Shown here piece after piece: positions 21,935-34,720 of a stretch of DNA of 64,000 nt. The notes beneath the pieces were generated by a model. That model saw only the letters and a list, made by a program, of their open reading frames with translations, did no database searches and had not been told where the DNA came from. Position 1 is the stretch's first letter, and every line of letters starts with the position of its first letter. A program made the translations under genes and the position numbers. This DNA comes from Octopus sinensis (Eukaryota): positions 44,578,001 through 44,642,000 of the forward strand of contig NC_043007.1 in NCBI RefSeq assembly GCF_006345805.1. The letters are read 5' to 3'.

Positions 21935-22554
21935 ATTTAGAGTGGAGTAAAAACCTACAGAATTGGTCCCTAGAGCATTGGAAGAAAGTTATTTTCATGG
22001 ACAAGTCATAGTTTACCTCATTTCCAACCACAGGCCGAGTATATGTGTGGAGACAGCTAAAAGAAGCATTTGACCTAGACTGCCTTCTTCCAATTGTTAA
22101 ACATGGAAGAAGACCTGTGATGATCAGGGGTGAGGCTATATCTTGGAAATCTGCCGGCCCAATGGTTTCCCTTTATGGCAGAATTAATAGTCAAGACTAT
22201 TTAAGCATTTTATCTGATCAAATTCATTCTGCGGAACTGTTTTTGGAGGGAAACGTAATCTTTCAGGATGGTGATGGACCAATTCACACAGCTAAAGTTG
22301 TTACTGAATAGTACAAGGAACATTCTAGTGAAGTTGAACATCTTATCTGGCCACCACAGTCCCCTGATCTCAATATTATCGAACATTTATGATGCATTTT
22401 AGAAAAACAAGTAAGGACTTGATATCCTCCACCATCATCACTACAAGAACTGGCAACTGTTTTAGTGGAAGAATGGACACAAATTCCTTTACCCCATATT
22501 AAAATAAATTTGTTTGAAATTTTAAGGTGTTTCTATTATTTTGTCCAACCCCTG
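21935..22554 (+). mobile_element. Tc1-type transposase remnant with 3' TIR
   Basis: WKKVIFMDKS, IFQDGDGPIHTAK, WPPQSPDLNIIEHL; end ...ttgtccaacccctg|TA. Confidence 0.85.
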
Positions 22555-22563
22555 TATTTATGG

Positions 22564-22619
<56 letters not shown>

Positions 22620-23012
22620 TGTGTGTGGTGTGTGTGTGTGTGTGTGTGTGTTTGTATATATCGTTATCTTCCTTTATCTTTTGCTTATTCCAGTCATTAG
22701 ACTGTGGCTGTTCCAGGGTACCAGAGTGAAGAATTTTTGTTGAATGTATCAACCACCAGTGCTTAAGTTTTTAAAGCCTGATACTTATTCTATTGGTCTC
22801 TTTTGCCAAATTGCTAAGTCATGGGGACATAAACACACCAGTACTTGTTGTCAAGCAGTGATAGTGTCTTTCAGTTCCTGTCTACTAAATCCACTCACAA
22901 GGCTTTGTTTGGCCCAAGGCTATAGCAGAAGACACTTGCCCAAGGCACCATGTAGTGGAGAGAGAGGGAGAGAGAGAGAGACTGTATGTGTTTGTATGTG
23001 TATCTGCATATA

Positions 23013-23230
23013 CTCTTTACTCTTTTACTTGTTTCAGTCATTTGACTGCAGCCATGCTGGAGCACCGCCTTAAATTGAGCAACTCGACCCTGGGACTTAT
23101 TCTTTTGTAAGCCCAGTACTTATTCTATCATTCTCTTTTGCTGAACCGCTAAGTAACGGGGACATAAACACACCAGCATCGGTTGTCAAGCAATGCTAGG
23201 GGGACAAACACAGACACACAAACACACACA

Positions 23231-23270
<40 letters not shown>

Positions 23271-23428
23271 ACGGGCTTCTTTCAGTTTCCGTCTATCAAA
23301 TCCACTCACAAGGCTTTGGTCGACCCTAGACTATAGAAGAAGACACTTGCCCAAGATGCAGTGGAACTGAACCCGGAACCATGTGGTTGGTAAACAAGCT
23401 ACTTACCACACAGCCACCCCTGTGCCTA
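23013..23428 (-). mobile_element. CORE-type SINE, near full length
   Basis: Same family as 12403-12787. Confidence 0.75.
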
Positions 23429-23829
23429 TATATGTATGTATAGAAAATAAAGACAAAGAAGGATTGTGTGGATATGCATGATGCATATGCACATGCACAC
23501 ACATACAGAAACCCATGAAAAAATCACTTATACATGTTCAGAATAATATGGCTGTGCTTGTGTGTGCGTGTGTGTGTGTTTGAGAGAGTCATTGGGAAAT
23601 ACACACATAATTTCCCAGGCTTAAACTCCCTGCTCCTCCTCTTCCTCCTGCTCCTCCCCCTCTCCCCCAAAACATTCATAACAGCCCACACATATATGTG
23701 TGTGTAAACGCCCACATTCCACAGGGTGAGGTAAGTTAGTTCCGGTAGTTCTTTCATTCCAGAGCAGTCACGATTTATTCCTTCCCTGTCAGATATGACT
23801 GAAATAACCATACCTCATTACGTTTCAAA

Positions 23830-24160
23830 AAACACTCCACCTATTTCTGTACCCATGACCCATTTCGTTCCTTTCCACTAACAAGCCACCTGTATTTTCC
23901 ATCCCATTCTTCACTCTCTTTCTATTACAATCTACCTCTCTTTCTACCCTGACCTCATTCTTGTCTAATAACAATCCAACTATCCACTTAAACCTCATTT
24001 CCCTCACTTCTAGTATCAACCCACCTGTTCTTTTTTCTACACCTACTTCATTCTCTTCTAGTAAAAATCCACCTGTCCTTTCTACCTTCTACTTCCTTCT
24101 CTTCCAGTAACAATTCTTCTGTCTTCCTACATTCTGCTTCATCAACTTTTAAAAACAATC
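23830..24160. repeat. Degenerate ~42-45 bp minisatellite
   Basis: Recurrent ccacctg...cattctcttctagtaacaat units; the minus strand reads repeats of GGLLLEENEV-like peptide interrupted by stops and frameshifts. Confidence 0.55.
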
Positions 24161-24705
24161 TATCATTCTACCCGCTATATTTTTCTTGTGGTCTACATGT
24201 TACCACATTTACTTCTAGTAGCAATCCACATGTGCTGAAATATGTCCTCATCCAACTCGTGCAAGTATGGGAAAACAGATAGTAAATGAATGAATTTGTC
24301 TGTCTGTCTCTCCCTCCGTCTGTATATCATGTGAGCAAGTGATATACAAAGAGAGAGGTAGAGAGAGAGAGAGAGAGAGAGGGAGATAGATAGATAGAGA
24401 GAGAGAGAGGGATAGAGAGAGGGAGAGAGAGAGAGAGAGAGATTCATTCATTTACCATCTGTGAAGTAGTCACAAATGACAGAAAAATAGATTGATGAAA
24501 TTTTATTTAACAATGAGAAATTTTCTAATTTCATAACAAATTGTTTTGTAACTTAAAAACATGTAAATGATTTATGTTATTATATTTAGCAATAAATAAA
24601 TTACTTACATGCCTGCATTAATGCAAAATGCACATTAAGGAGCATTTTTATGAGTACTACCAGTTTACTTGAATCCATATATATATATATATATATATAT
24701 AAAAT

Positions 24706-25170
24706 CATCATCATTATTCATCATTTAACATCCGCTTTCCATGCTGGCATGGGTTGGACGATTTGATTCAAGACTGGCAAACCAGATGGCTGCACCAGGC
24801 TCCAATCTGATCTGGCAGAGTTTCTACAGCTGGATGCCCTTCCTAATGCCAACCACTCCGAGAGTGTAGTGGGTGCTTTTGCGTACCATCAGCAAGAGGG
24901 CCAATCAGGCGGTACTGGCAATGCCCATGCTCAAATGACGTTTTTTACATGCCACCTGCACAGGAGCCAGTCCAGCGGCACTGGCAACGACCTTTCTTGA
25001 ATATATTTTCACGTGCCAGTAAGGCGACACTGGTAACGATCACGCTCGAATGGTGCTTCTTACGTGCCACTTAGCATGGAAGTCAATCAGCTGCTCTGGC
25101 AACGATCACGCTCGGATGGTGCTCTTAGCGCTCCACTAGCACAGATGCCAGCCATCGAATTTGATTATAT
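24706..25170 (-). mobile_element. RTE LINE 3' end
   Basis: Close relative of 4993-5420. Confidence 0.75.
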
Positions 25171-25710
25171 CATCATCATCGTTTAAGGTCCGTTTTCCAT
25201 GCTAGTATGGGTTGGATGGTTCGACTGGGGTTTGGGAAGCCAGGAGACTGCACCAGGCTCCAGTCTGATCTGGCAGTGTTTCTACAGCTGGATACCCCTC
25301 CTAACGCCAACCACTCCATGAGTGGAGTAGGTGCTTTTTACGTGCCACTGGCACAGGGGCCAGAGCAGGCTGGCAATGGCCACGATTGGTTGGTGATTTT
25401 TACGTGCCACCAGCACAGGTATCACAACTACAATTTCTATTTGATTTTTTGATGTTGATGTACTTGACTCAATAGGTCTCCTCAAGCACAGCAGGTCGCC
25501 CTACGTAAACACAGCAGGCCGTCCTGCAATCCAAGGTACTTTGAATGGGCTGGGGCTTCTATGTGAAGCTGGTGTAGGAAACAGCCATGAACTCACGTTA
25601 TCTGTCGAGTCTTTGCAGTCACAGCATATCTCCAGAGGTCTTGGTCGTTCGTCATTGCTTCTGTGAGGCTCAACGTTTGAAGGTCATGCTTGACTACCTC
25701 ATCCCATGTT
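25171..25710 (-). mobile_element. RTE LINE 3' end including ORF2 C-terminus
   Basis: RPRKTWDEVVKHDLQTLSLTEAMTNDQDLWRYAV followed by a 3' UTR and (GAT)n tail. Confidence 0.8.
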
Positions 25711-25906
25711 TTCCTGGGTCTAATATATATATATATATTTATATATACACGAGTAAGTGGACAAATGAAAGAAGGGCACTTAACCAATTTATTGGAAGTT
25801 ACATGTATGGATCAAAACAGGTTGATTCAAATTCAAAATGGCTGATGAACAACATCGTACTTGAAACTCAAGAGTACCAATGAATTTGAATCAAACTGTT
25901 TTGATC

Positions 25907-25946
<40 letters not shown>

Positions 25947-26722
25947 TTTGTAGAATTCATTTGAATTCAGGTATTTTGATCTTAAGAACATCAAGCAACA
26001 GTTGAGATCTGCACATCCATATATATATCGTATACAAACACACCTGTATATGCTCTGAATATATAGACATAATCATGCGTTTACACATACATGTTCATGC
26101 ACAGACAAATATACACATTACATGAAGATTTATATGTACATGAAATTATATACCCATGCATATGGATATGCAGTTTCACAATCCAATGTAAGTTCCAGAT
26201 CCAACACAGGAAAGGTTCAAGGAATGGTGTTTACATGAAATAAGAACGCAAATGAAGTAAAGGTTCACTACAGCTGTTTCAGATACATTTTATATTGATT
26301 CAATTACATCATGAAAAAAAAAACTGTTTTCGTTCAGTGAATTAAAAATGTTAAATTTAGTTTGGAGATACCACGATGTGGTATGTAAATTGATCCTCTC
26401 ATTTGGGCATCAATGAAGAGAGTGAAGACATATCCAGGTTTAGCTAAACCTTGATATGTCTACACTCTCTTCATTGGGGGGTGGCAGGACTATTTACATT
26501 TGTAGGAAAGTTTCTTGTTCGGCTTATGATATGGTTTATAAGAGTAAGAGTTATAAACCATACTATAACCCTAATGAGAAACTTCCCAACATACATAAGC
26601 AATCCTGCTACCCCCTATAATATTTTAAAACCTGATAGCTAACATTGCCTGTACTTATATGCATACAACCACACTTGTGCTTATATCCACACAACCATGC
26701 CAGTTCCTATATACTTAATATA

Positions 26723-27179
26723 CAGTAATTCCTCAACTATTGCAGGTGTTGCATTCCAAAATCCCACTGCGATAGGTGAAAATCCTCAAAGTAGAAACAA
26801 TACTGCACTGTATATTTTTTTATTCTTGTAATTTGTATGTATTTATTTTATTATAAATGCAAAACAACACCACACACTCATCTCCTGAATTTCGTTTTAC
26901 ATCAAATATGTGTGGTTCTTTGTTTACTCATCTGTGGTATGCTAAGTATTTTCTTCTAATATATTTTAATTAATCTGTTATATAGTGCAGTATGGTATTG
27001 TATTTCTATATATCAATTTATTAATTTTTAATCCTGAAAATGATTATTTTACCACAAAAATGAATAAAATCTAAAAAAAATATAAATAACTATCAGCTGC
27101 AGAAACCCATGATATACTGAGGAGTCTGCGATGTATTGAGGGTGCGATAGGTGAACCTTGATATGGCGAGTGATTATTG
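26723..27179. mobile_element. Tigger/pogo-type MITE
   Basis: TA|CAGTAATTCCTCAACTATTGC ... GATATGGCGAGTGATTATTG|TA imperfect TIRs with TA flanks. Confidence 0.7.
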
Positions 27180-27214
<35 letters not shown>

Positions 27215-27215
27215 G

Positions 27216-27292
<77 letters not shown>

Positions 27293-27680
27293 GTGTGTGT
27301 GTGCGTGCATGTGTGCGTGTGTGTGTGTGTGTGCGTGTAAACCGTCTAAGAATCCATCAGTCAGGTAAAAAATGCACTCATATATCTATCAATAGAGTGG
27401 GTATATTATCTGAAATGTACAGTTTTGTATATCCATTATAGCCAATCTTACCAGTTGGTCTTGTGCTAGACATTCAACAGAGTGTTAGATGACAGTCCAG
27501 TTATTTCTGATGAGTGTAGGGTTACATAATTGGATTGTTACCTAACATTCCGTTAAATCCCGAGTGTGAAACCAATTGGTAATGGATATATAATACTATA
27601 CACTTTAGATAATACACACACTCACACACAAAGACATATAAATATGTGTGTGTATATATATAAATGTATATATATATGTA

Positions 27681-28690
27681 TCATCATCATCGTTTAACGT
27701 CTGTTTTCCATGCTAGCATGGGTTGGACGGTTCAAGCGGACTCTGCCGCACATGAAAGCTATCTTCTCAGTAAATTTTCCTTTGATATTGCTGCACCTCT
27801 TATGCGTCCATAGCTTACACTGGGTACATCTTATGGAGTTTCTACATACACCTTTTCTACAGATCGAGCAGGGCCACCTACCTGAGGGGGGGGGGGCGGT
27901 GATGAGTTTGCCTTCCTACTTACTATAACTTTGGTCGTTGCTACATTGAATCTAAGGCCTTTTGATTTTAAACCTAGCTGCCACACCCAAAATTTCTTTT
28001 CTAGTTCCAGTAGTGATTCTGCTATAAGGGCCAGGTCATCAGCATAGAGGAGCTCCCAGGGGCAACCCGTCTTGAATTCCTATGTTATTGCCTGGAGGAC
28101 TATGATAAATAAAAGGGGACTGAGGGCTGAACCTTGGTAGACCCCTACTTCTACCCAGAATTCTTCACTATACTCGTTGCCAACTAACGGCCTCTCTGTA
28201 TAGGGCCTGCACAGCCCTTATTAACCATTCGTCAATCTCCTGTTTCTGCATCGCCCACCAGATAAGGGATTGGGGGACCTTGTCGAAGGCTTTCTCCAGG
28301 TCCACAAAAGCTAAGTAGAGGGGTTTATCTTCAGCTAGGTATTTCTCCTGCAGTTGTCGAACCAGGAATATGGCATCAGTGGTGCTTCTACCCAGCTCAA
28401 AACTGAACTGCATCTCATCTAAGCAGACTCTCTCCCTAATGAGATGGGCTATGACCCTCTCCTTGACCTTCATCACCTGATCTGGCAGTTTGATACCCCT
28501 GTAGTTATTTCTATCTAGAGCATCATTTTTACCCTTGTAGCAGTTGACTATGGTGCTGCTACACCAATCATTGGGTATGACTCCATCATGAACTACCTGG
28601 TTTACAATGCGGGTGACTAGGCCATAGCCCACACTACCAGATGTCTTAAGCATCTCAGCAGTGATTCCTGATAGCCCGGGGCCTTTTCTA
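27681..28690 (-). mobile_element. Internally deleted RTE LINE: RT, PHD-like finger, then tail
   Basis: KGKNDALDRNNYRGIKL, FVDLEKAFD, LPWELLYADD, then WPCSICRKGVCRNSIRCTQCKLWTHKRC...MCGR fused directly to the GAT tail. Confidence 0.85.
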
Positions 28691-29033
28691 TATTCATTGA
28701 AATCATCTAGGATATACACCTTAGTAAAACATTTATAAACCAGCAAAGCAAATCCAGGACTTACCTATTGGATGAAATACAGAGGGATTGCTTACCTTAA
28801 GTAGTCCTAGCTACTCCTTTCAACTTGATGCAGTTAGCCATAACCCAGATTAAAACCGAATGCTTGTATGGTACCCACTTGGATACTTTATCACTGTCCT
28901 TTATATACATACATACATACATCATCATCATCATCGTTTAACGTCCGTTTTCCATGCTAGCATGGGTTGGACAGTTTGACCGGGGTCTGGGAAGCCAGGA
29001 GGCTGCACCAGCTATACATATATATTTATTCAT

Positions 29034-29453
29034 TCAATATACAAAAATGAAAAGAAAATAGAGATTTACGAGTCACACATTTTAATTTAACATGATATTA
29101 TATCATTATTATAATATATATAAATACAAATATTATAATTCTACATTTGTTTCAATTTAGACCCAATAATAAATTTATAAAAATTCATGTTTATGGGTAA
29201 GAATCTCATCAGGGAAATATTTGACAAAAATCCTTATATGTAATTTTTGTCAAATATTTCCCTGATGAGACTCTTACCCATAAACATGAATTTTATGAAT
29301 TTATTATTGGGTGTGAATTGAAACAATTGTAGGGTTATAATATTTATATTTATATTATATTACATTATGTTATAATAATAATATAATATTATGTTAATAA
29401 ATTAAAATATATCAATCATAAATCTCTATTTTCTTTTCATTTTTGTATATTGA
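29034..29453. repeat. Foldback with ~200 bp arms, 11 nt spacer, an HHR in each arm
   Basis: Centre gaaatatttgacaaaaat-ccttatatgta-atttttgtcaaatatttc; outer ends tcaatatacaaaaatgaaaag / cttttcatttttgtatattga. Confidence 0.85.
29258..29334 (+). ncRNA. Hammerhead motif with canonical core and extended helix II
   Basis: ttcc CTGATGA gactc-ttaccca...tgggtgt-gaatt GAAA caattgt a ggg. Helix III is the palindrome ACAATTGT; helix I is short. A decayed mirror copy lies at ~29140-29216 (-). Confidence 0.6.
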
Positions 29454-29834
29454 TTATATACCCATGTGACTTGTAGAAAAGTTTTTCTCTGCTAAATTGG
29501 GTATAAAACCACAAAACCAATGAAAAATTGGATGTTTTTATCCCTATAGAGGAAATTATTTTCCTTGCACTGGATTTTAATTTTTTATATATATACATAC
29601 ACATATATATGTGTGCGTGCTTATACAGAATAGGAAGGGTTTAGACCACTGATGATCAAAACTAATAGGTTTGCAATGTGAGTGCTGTAATTGGTAAGCT
29701 GCTAGGATCCAAGTTCACAATGGGGGCTGGAGCTGGGGATCCATTGTTTACTTCCGAGTGAGAGGGTATAAATTAAAAGAAGAGGCAAACAAAACCCAGG
29801 CAGGATAAGCTTATCAGAGCATTTAAATTATTTT

Positions 29835-30641
29835 AGAAGTACGACCTTCGAACTTTAGGTCTCACTGAGGAAATGACTAGAGACCGAGACCTCTGGAAGT
29901 ATGCTGTGCGTGAGAAGACCCGGCAGGACAAGTGAGACCATAACCCGTGGCCTTCTACATGGGATGTAGCCAGCCCACGTATGCATACCTTCCCTTCTTG
30001 GGACACAAAACTCTACTTGTGAAGACCTGTTGAGGCAAGTGAGGATCAGAATCGAAATCGATCAATGGAAATTGCAGCTGAGTTACCAGTGCCGGTGGCA
30101 CGTAAGAGAAGCATCCGAATGTGGCCGTTGCCAGCGCCGCCCAGACTGGCCTCGTGCCGGTGGCACGTAAAAAGCACCATCCGTTCATGGCCAATACCAG
30201 CCTCGCCTGGTCCCCATGCCGGTGGCACGTAAAAAAAGCACCATCTGTTCGTGGCTGTTTGCCAGACTCGTCTGGCACCACCATTCGTTTGTGACCGTTG
30301 CCAGCGCTGCCCCGACTGGCTTCGTGCCGGTGGCACGTAAAAAGCACCATCCATTTGTGGCTGTTGCCTGCCTCGCCTGGCCCCGTGCTGGTGGCACGTA
30401 AAAAGCACCATCCGTCCGTGGCCGTTTGCCAGCTCCGTCTGGCACCTGTGCGGGTGGCACATAAAAAGCACCCACTACACTCACGGAGTGGTTGGTGTTA
30501 GGAAGGGCATCCAGCTGTAGAAACACTGCCAGATCAGACTGGGTCTGATGCAGCCTTCTGGCTTCACAGACCCCAGTTGAACCGTCCAACCCATGCTAGC
30601 ATGGAAAGCGGATGCTAAATGATGATGATGATGATGATGAT
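29835..30641 (+). mobile_element. RTE LINE 3' end: ORF2 C-terminus, 3' UTR with ~5 units, (GAT)n tail
   Basis: LGLTEEMTRDRDLWKYAVREKTRQDK* followed by gtgccggtggcacgtaaaaagcacc units and atgatgatgatg. Confidence 0.85.
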
Positions 30642-30682
30642 TAAGGTGAATTAAAGTAAACAAAAGTAAAAGTAAATAAGAT

Positions 30683-30770
30683 GTCTTACAGCTGTTTCTG
30701 GGATATCCCAGGTAATGGGTCAATGTGTTGATCCATATTTTCATACACTGGGTATTCTGTCATTGGAGAC
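30683..30770 (-). ncRNA. Decayed hammerhead motif
   Basis: Minus strand: gtct CCAATGA ... GAAA cagctgt a agac. Confidence 0.4.
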
Positions 30771-30939
30771 ACAGTATATATGCAGGTATCTTCTAGATAG
30801 AAAATTTATTGTAAATCAAATTCCCAACAGCTTGGTTCTGTGTTCAGTCCCACTGTGTGACACCTTGGGCAAGTGTCTTCTACTATAGCCTTGTGAGTGG
30901 ATTTGGTAGACAGACACTGAAAGAAGCCTCTTGCATATT

Positions 30940-31330
30940 TTTTTATTCTTTTACTTGTTTCAGTAATTTGACTGTGGCCATGCTGGATTACAACCTTTAG
31001 ATGAACAAATCAACCTCAGGACTTATTCTTTCTTAGCCTAGTACTTATTCTATCAGTCTTTTTTTGTCAAATTGCTAAGTGATGGGGGACGTAAACACAC
31101 CAACATCGGTCCTCAAACGAGGGTGGGGGGAAAACACAGACACAAATAACAAATACATACATACATACATATATATACATATATTTACATGGGCTTCTTT
31201 CAAGCTTTGTCTACTAAATCCACTCACAAGGCTTTGGTCGTCCTGAGGCTATAGTAGAAGACATTTGTCCAAGGTGCCACGCAGTGAGACTGAACCTGGA
31301 ACCATGTGGCTGGGAAGCCACTCCTGCACC
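30940..31330 (-). mobile_element. CORE-type SINE, flanked by plus-strand fragments of the same family
   Basis: Family body in reverse; fragments at ~30825-30925 and ~31350-31465 are forward. Confidence 0.65.
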
Positions 31331-31875
31331 TATATATGTATATATATTTGTGTGTGAGTGTGTTTGCCCCACCGCCTCCACCATTTGACAACCAGTGCTA
31401 GTGTGTTTACATACTGTAACTCAGCGGTTCAGTAAAAGAGACCAATAGAATAAGTACTAGGCTTAGAAAGATAGTTAGCTGAGAAAGTTCAGTAATTAGA
31501 ATATTAAAGGAAGATGGGTGTTGGGAAGATGAGTTATGGTAATGGCTTGAATTCAGAGGCATAAGTATACAATTTGTATAGTTTTAGAACCACATTTTAG
31601 CTGGAATGGATAAGTATTCTTGAGCACAGCAATTGCCAGTCATTTCTTTTTATGAGGCTCAACATCTGATGACACTTATACCCAGATTTCCTCTTTAACC
31701 ATTTACACTCTGTTGTGCATGCACACTGACATTACCCATCCAGCAGAGCTTGCTGGCTTCATTTCTTCCAAGCCTTCACACATCCTCTACAATTAAAGCC
31801 CATGTTTCACTGCCATGTAGCAAAGCTGTACATACACAGGCACCATACATACATGCATACATACATACATACACA

Positions 31876-31911
<36 letters not shown>

Positions 31912-32039
31912 TGTATGTATGTATGTATGTATGTAGTATGTATGTATGTATATATGTATATAAAGAAGAAATAAATGAGATGATTATCCCCTTATACAGC
32001 TCCACTAATTAGAGCTCTAACAGAGCCTCAGGAATATAA

Positions 32040-34720
32040 GACCATGAATGAGAGAACAAATTTCAAAGGTCAGTGTTCATAGTAACTCAATATATTTCAA
32101 AGCAATGCAATACTCCACAGCATACATAGTTGCATTCATATACACAAAATATAATATAAAAATTTATAAATATATAAATATATAAAAATACATAAATGTA
32201 CTTGTGAAATTGTATGTCTGTATTAAAATCAATATAATATGTGGATGGTGAATGTATAGCTGTAATCCAAATAGATGAGAAAGTTGGTATAAAAGGAATC
32301 TTGAGCAGGTGCAAAGTCTGACAGCCATTTCGAGAAGATATAGATATGGGCAAGTTAATACCAACCATAACAATCCTTTATATTTCTCTCATCAGAGTTA
32401 ATTTAAAGGATTTATAAAAGAGTTATTTAAATCTTAATGTTTTAAGCAACATGAGAAATTTAAGAATTTTTAAAAATCGAGTGCTGTGTTGGAACATACT
32501 GTTCAGGCGGATGATATAATAAGAGCTAAAATTACATGCTTAAATAGATTATGAAGCTATAGATAATAGCATTTTAAGATGAATCCAAATACATGAATGG
32601 TACTAAGTTAAAATTATATAAACTAATTATTTTGGGAAAAAATTTAAAAGTTGATAAATATTTATGTCTACAAAGAATAATGACATCTGAGATCTTGTTA
32701 AGTAAAAATTTTTTGTTAGCACGGAGTATATAGATCACTTCTTTTGTGCATAATTTGTAGTTTCTGGTGTGTGTATTGTATGGTGTGATTTCTGTTATAA
32801 TAGATCATTTTAGAGTGAATTCTTTATTGCGCATTTTTAATTTATTAATGTGGGTAGCTAGTGCAGGTGAATTTTCTGTTTCTTGGTTAATAAATGTGTG
32901 TGTGCCCTATATCTAGTCTTAAAATCAGTTGTACTTCCTATGTAAATCTTTTTTGATTCACTAAGGGTTGAAACCTCAGCTTTATATATGACATTTCTCC
33001 TTCAACAGAACCCCTTTAAGGGACATAATTCTCAGTTATGGAAATTACATGTTTTATTTCCATGCTTCACCTTTATATTTTTAATATTAGGATTCTTGTT
33101 ATTATTCTTCATATTAATGTCAGCTATATTGTCATCTCTATCAATACTATTATTCTAAGTTAAAATCTATTATTGGCTGCAATTATAGATCTTAGGTTGG
33201 GCGTGGTTGAGTACAATAATTTAATGCAGGACCTATTAAAGATGGAATAACATTTATGGCCTAATTGGAAATTCCTGTCAATAATCCTAAAAAATATTAA
33301 GGTGTCGGTGTCTGATTTGGAAGGAAAAAGGAGGGGTGAACCAGATAATTTCCCGTTTCCTTATCGAGTTGTTCCTACTCTGCCCAATATAGTTATTATT
33401 ATTGTTATTATTAAATGAATTATAGTATCTTCTATCATGGTGTCGGTCCTTATGTTCAGTGGAGGGTTGTTCATGGGAGGTGTGTTGATGTTTAATTTCA
33501 CAATATTTGGAAAACATTTAACCTAATTCATTTTTAAATATTGTATTCTTGATATAAATATCTTCCTATTGAATCCACTGTCCGTCAATGCTGTATTATA
33601 AATGGGTGCAAAGTTATGAAAAATCTGTTTGTTTGCAGATAAGTTAGAGATTCTTATCGACCTTTGATTACCCCATTAATAACACTTTGGGGATGATTTG
33701 ATAAGGCGTGGATATACTTAATGGTTTTATTTGGTTTATGGTAAGGGTAAAAATAAGCCATTATCTAAATTTAATGTTACGTCCAAAATATAAATACATT
33801 TAGTGACATTTTCAAATATAATATCTAAGTTATGTGACTTTAAAAACTTTATTAATCTTTTCTTTACCCTATCAGTTGCTTGTACAGAGGAGACGAAAAT
33901 AGCACATAATGCATCATCTCTATACAAACCTACACTGATATTAGGGAATTCTTCTTTAATTCTTGAAAGTAAGAATAGGCTGACAATATCAGTGACCTGG
34001 GCAGAGTCCAAAGCTTCCCATTGTAACATCAAAGTCGTCTTGAAGGTCACATCGTATCCAGGTCCTATTTCTGAAAGATATCAGTATTTTCCTTGCTGTA
34101 AAAATATTTTTCTCTAACGGTGTAATATCAGTAAAATTCTTTGCAAAAGTGATTGCTTTATCAAGCAAGTCTGGCTTAATAGATTGGTAGTAATTACTAA
34201 TGTTGAATTGTATAAAATGAGTTTACCTTTTATTACTCAATGAGCAGAACCAAGTTATGATGTTACCCGTGGATATCCAAAGGGGAAGTTTGGCATTTTT
34301 TTTAACACAAGGGATAATTCTATCAATTATAGACTCACTAATTCTGCCCAAGTCAGATTTGGTTGGGCAAATTAGTCTAACAGTGGGTTTGCTCTTGCAG
34401 TTAGCTTTGTGATCTTTAAATGTGAAATGTGGGGCTTTAGGAGCACAAGGTTCTGTCCTATCTAATAATTTTAGCTCCTTAATTAAGCTGAAGTGTTTCT
34501 TATTAATTTCATTCAGCCTGTTATCAGCAAATATTTTATATTGAGAGTTCAGTTCCTTCAGAATAAAATTATAAGCATCAATTCCTGTTTCCTGTTATAT
34601 TAGAATGATGTAGATTATCAGAATTTTTTATTTGAGCGATAATATCAGTTAGTTTCTTCTGGATGTGGTTTGTGGTTTTCAAGAATTTTAGTTTTTTCAC
34701 CATGTTAATAAGGTCATGAA
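32040..34720 (-). mobile_element. Penelope-like retroelement (RT plus C-terminal GIY-YIG), degraded
   Basis: FKDHK...PTVRLICPTKSDLG; DSAQVTDIVSLFLL...GLYRDDAL; RKREIIWFTPPF; then the CNCR/CPL linker and GIY-YIG region mirrored from the right copy; HHR in the 3' region. Confidence 0.85.
32316..32399 (-). ncRNA. Penelope-associated HHR, CpG-decayed helix III
   Basis: Mirror of 35653-35736. Confidence 0.5.

Noticed and set aside
26265-26340. Possible further hammerhead (GAAAcagctgta on minus strand)
   Set aside because: The 3' half is good, but no convincing CUGANGA-like core or helix II could be paired with it.
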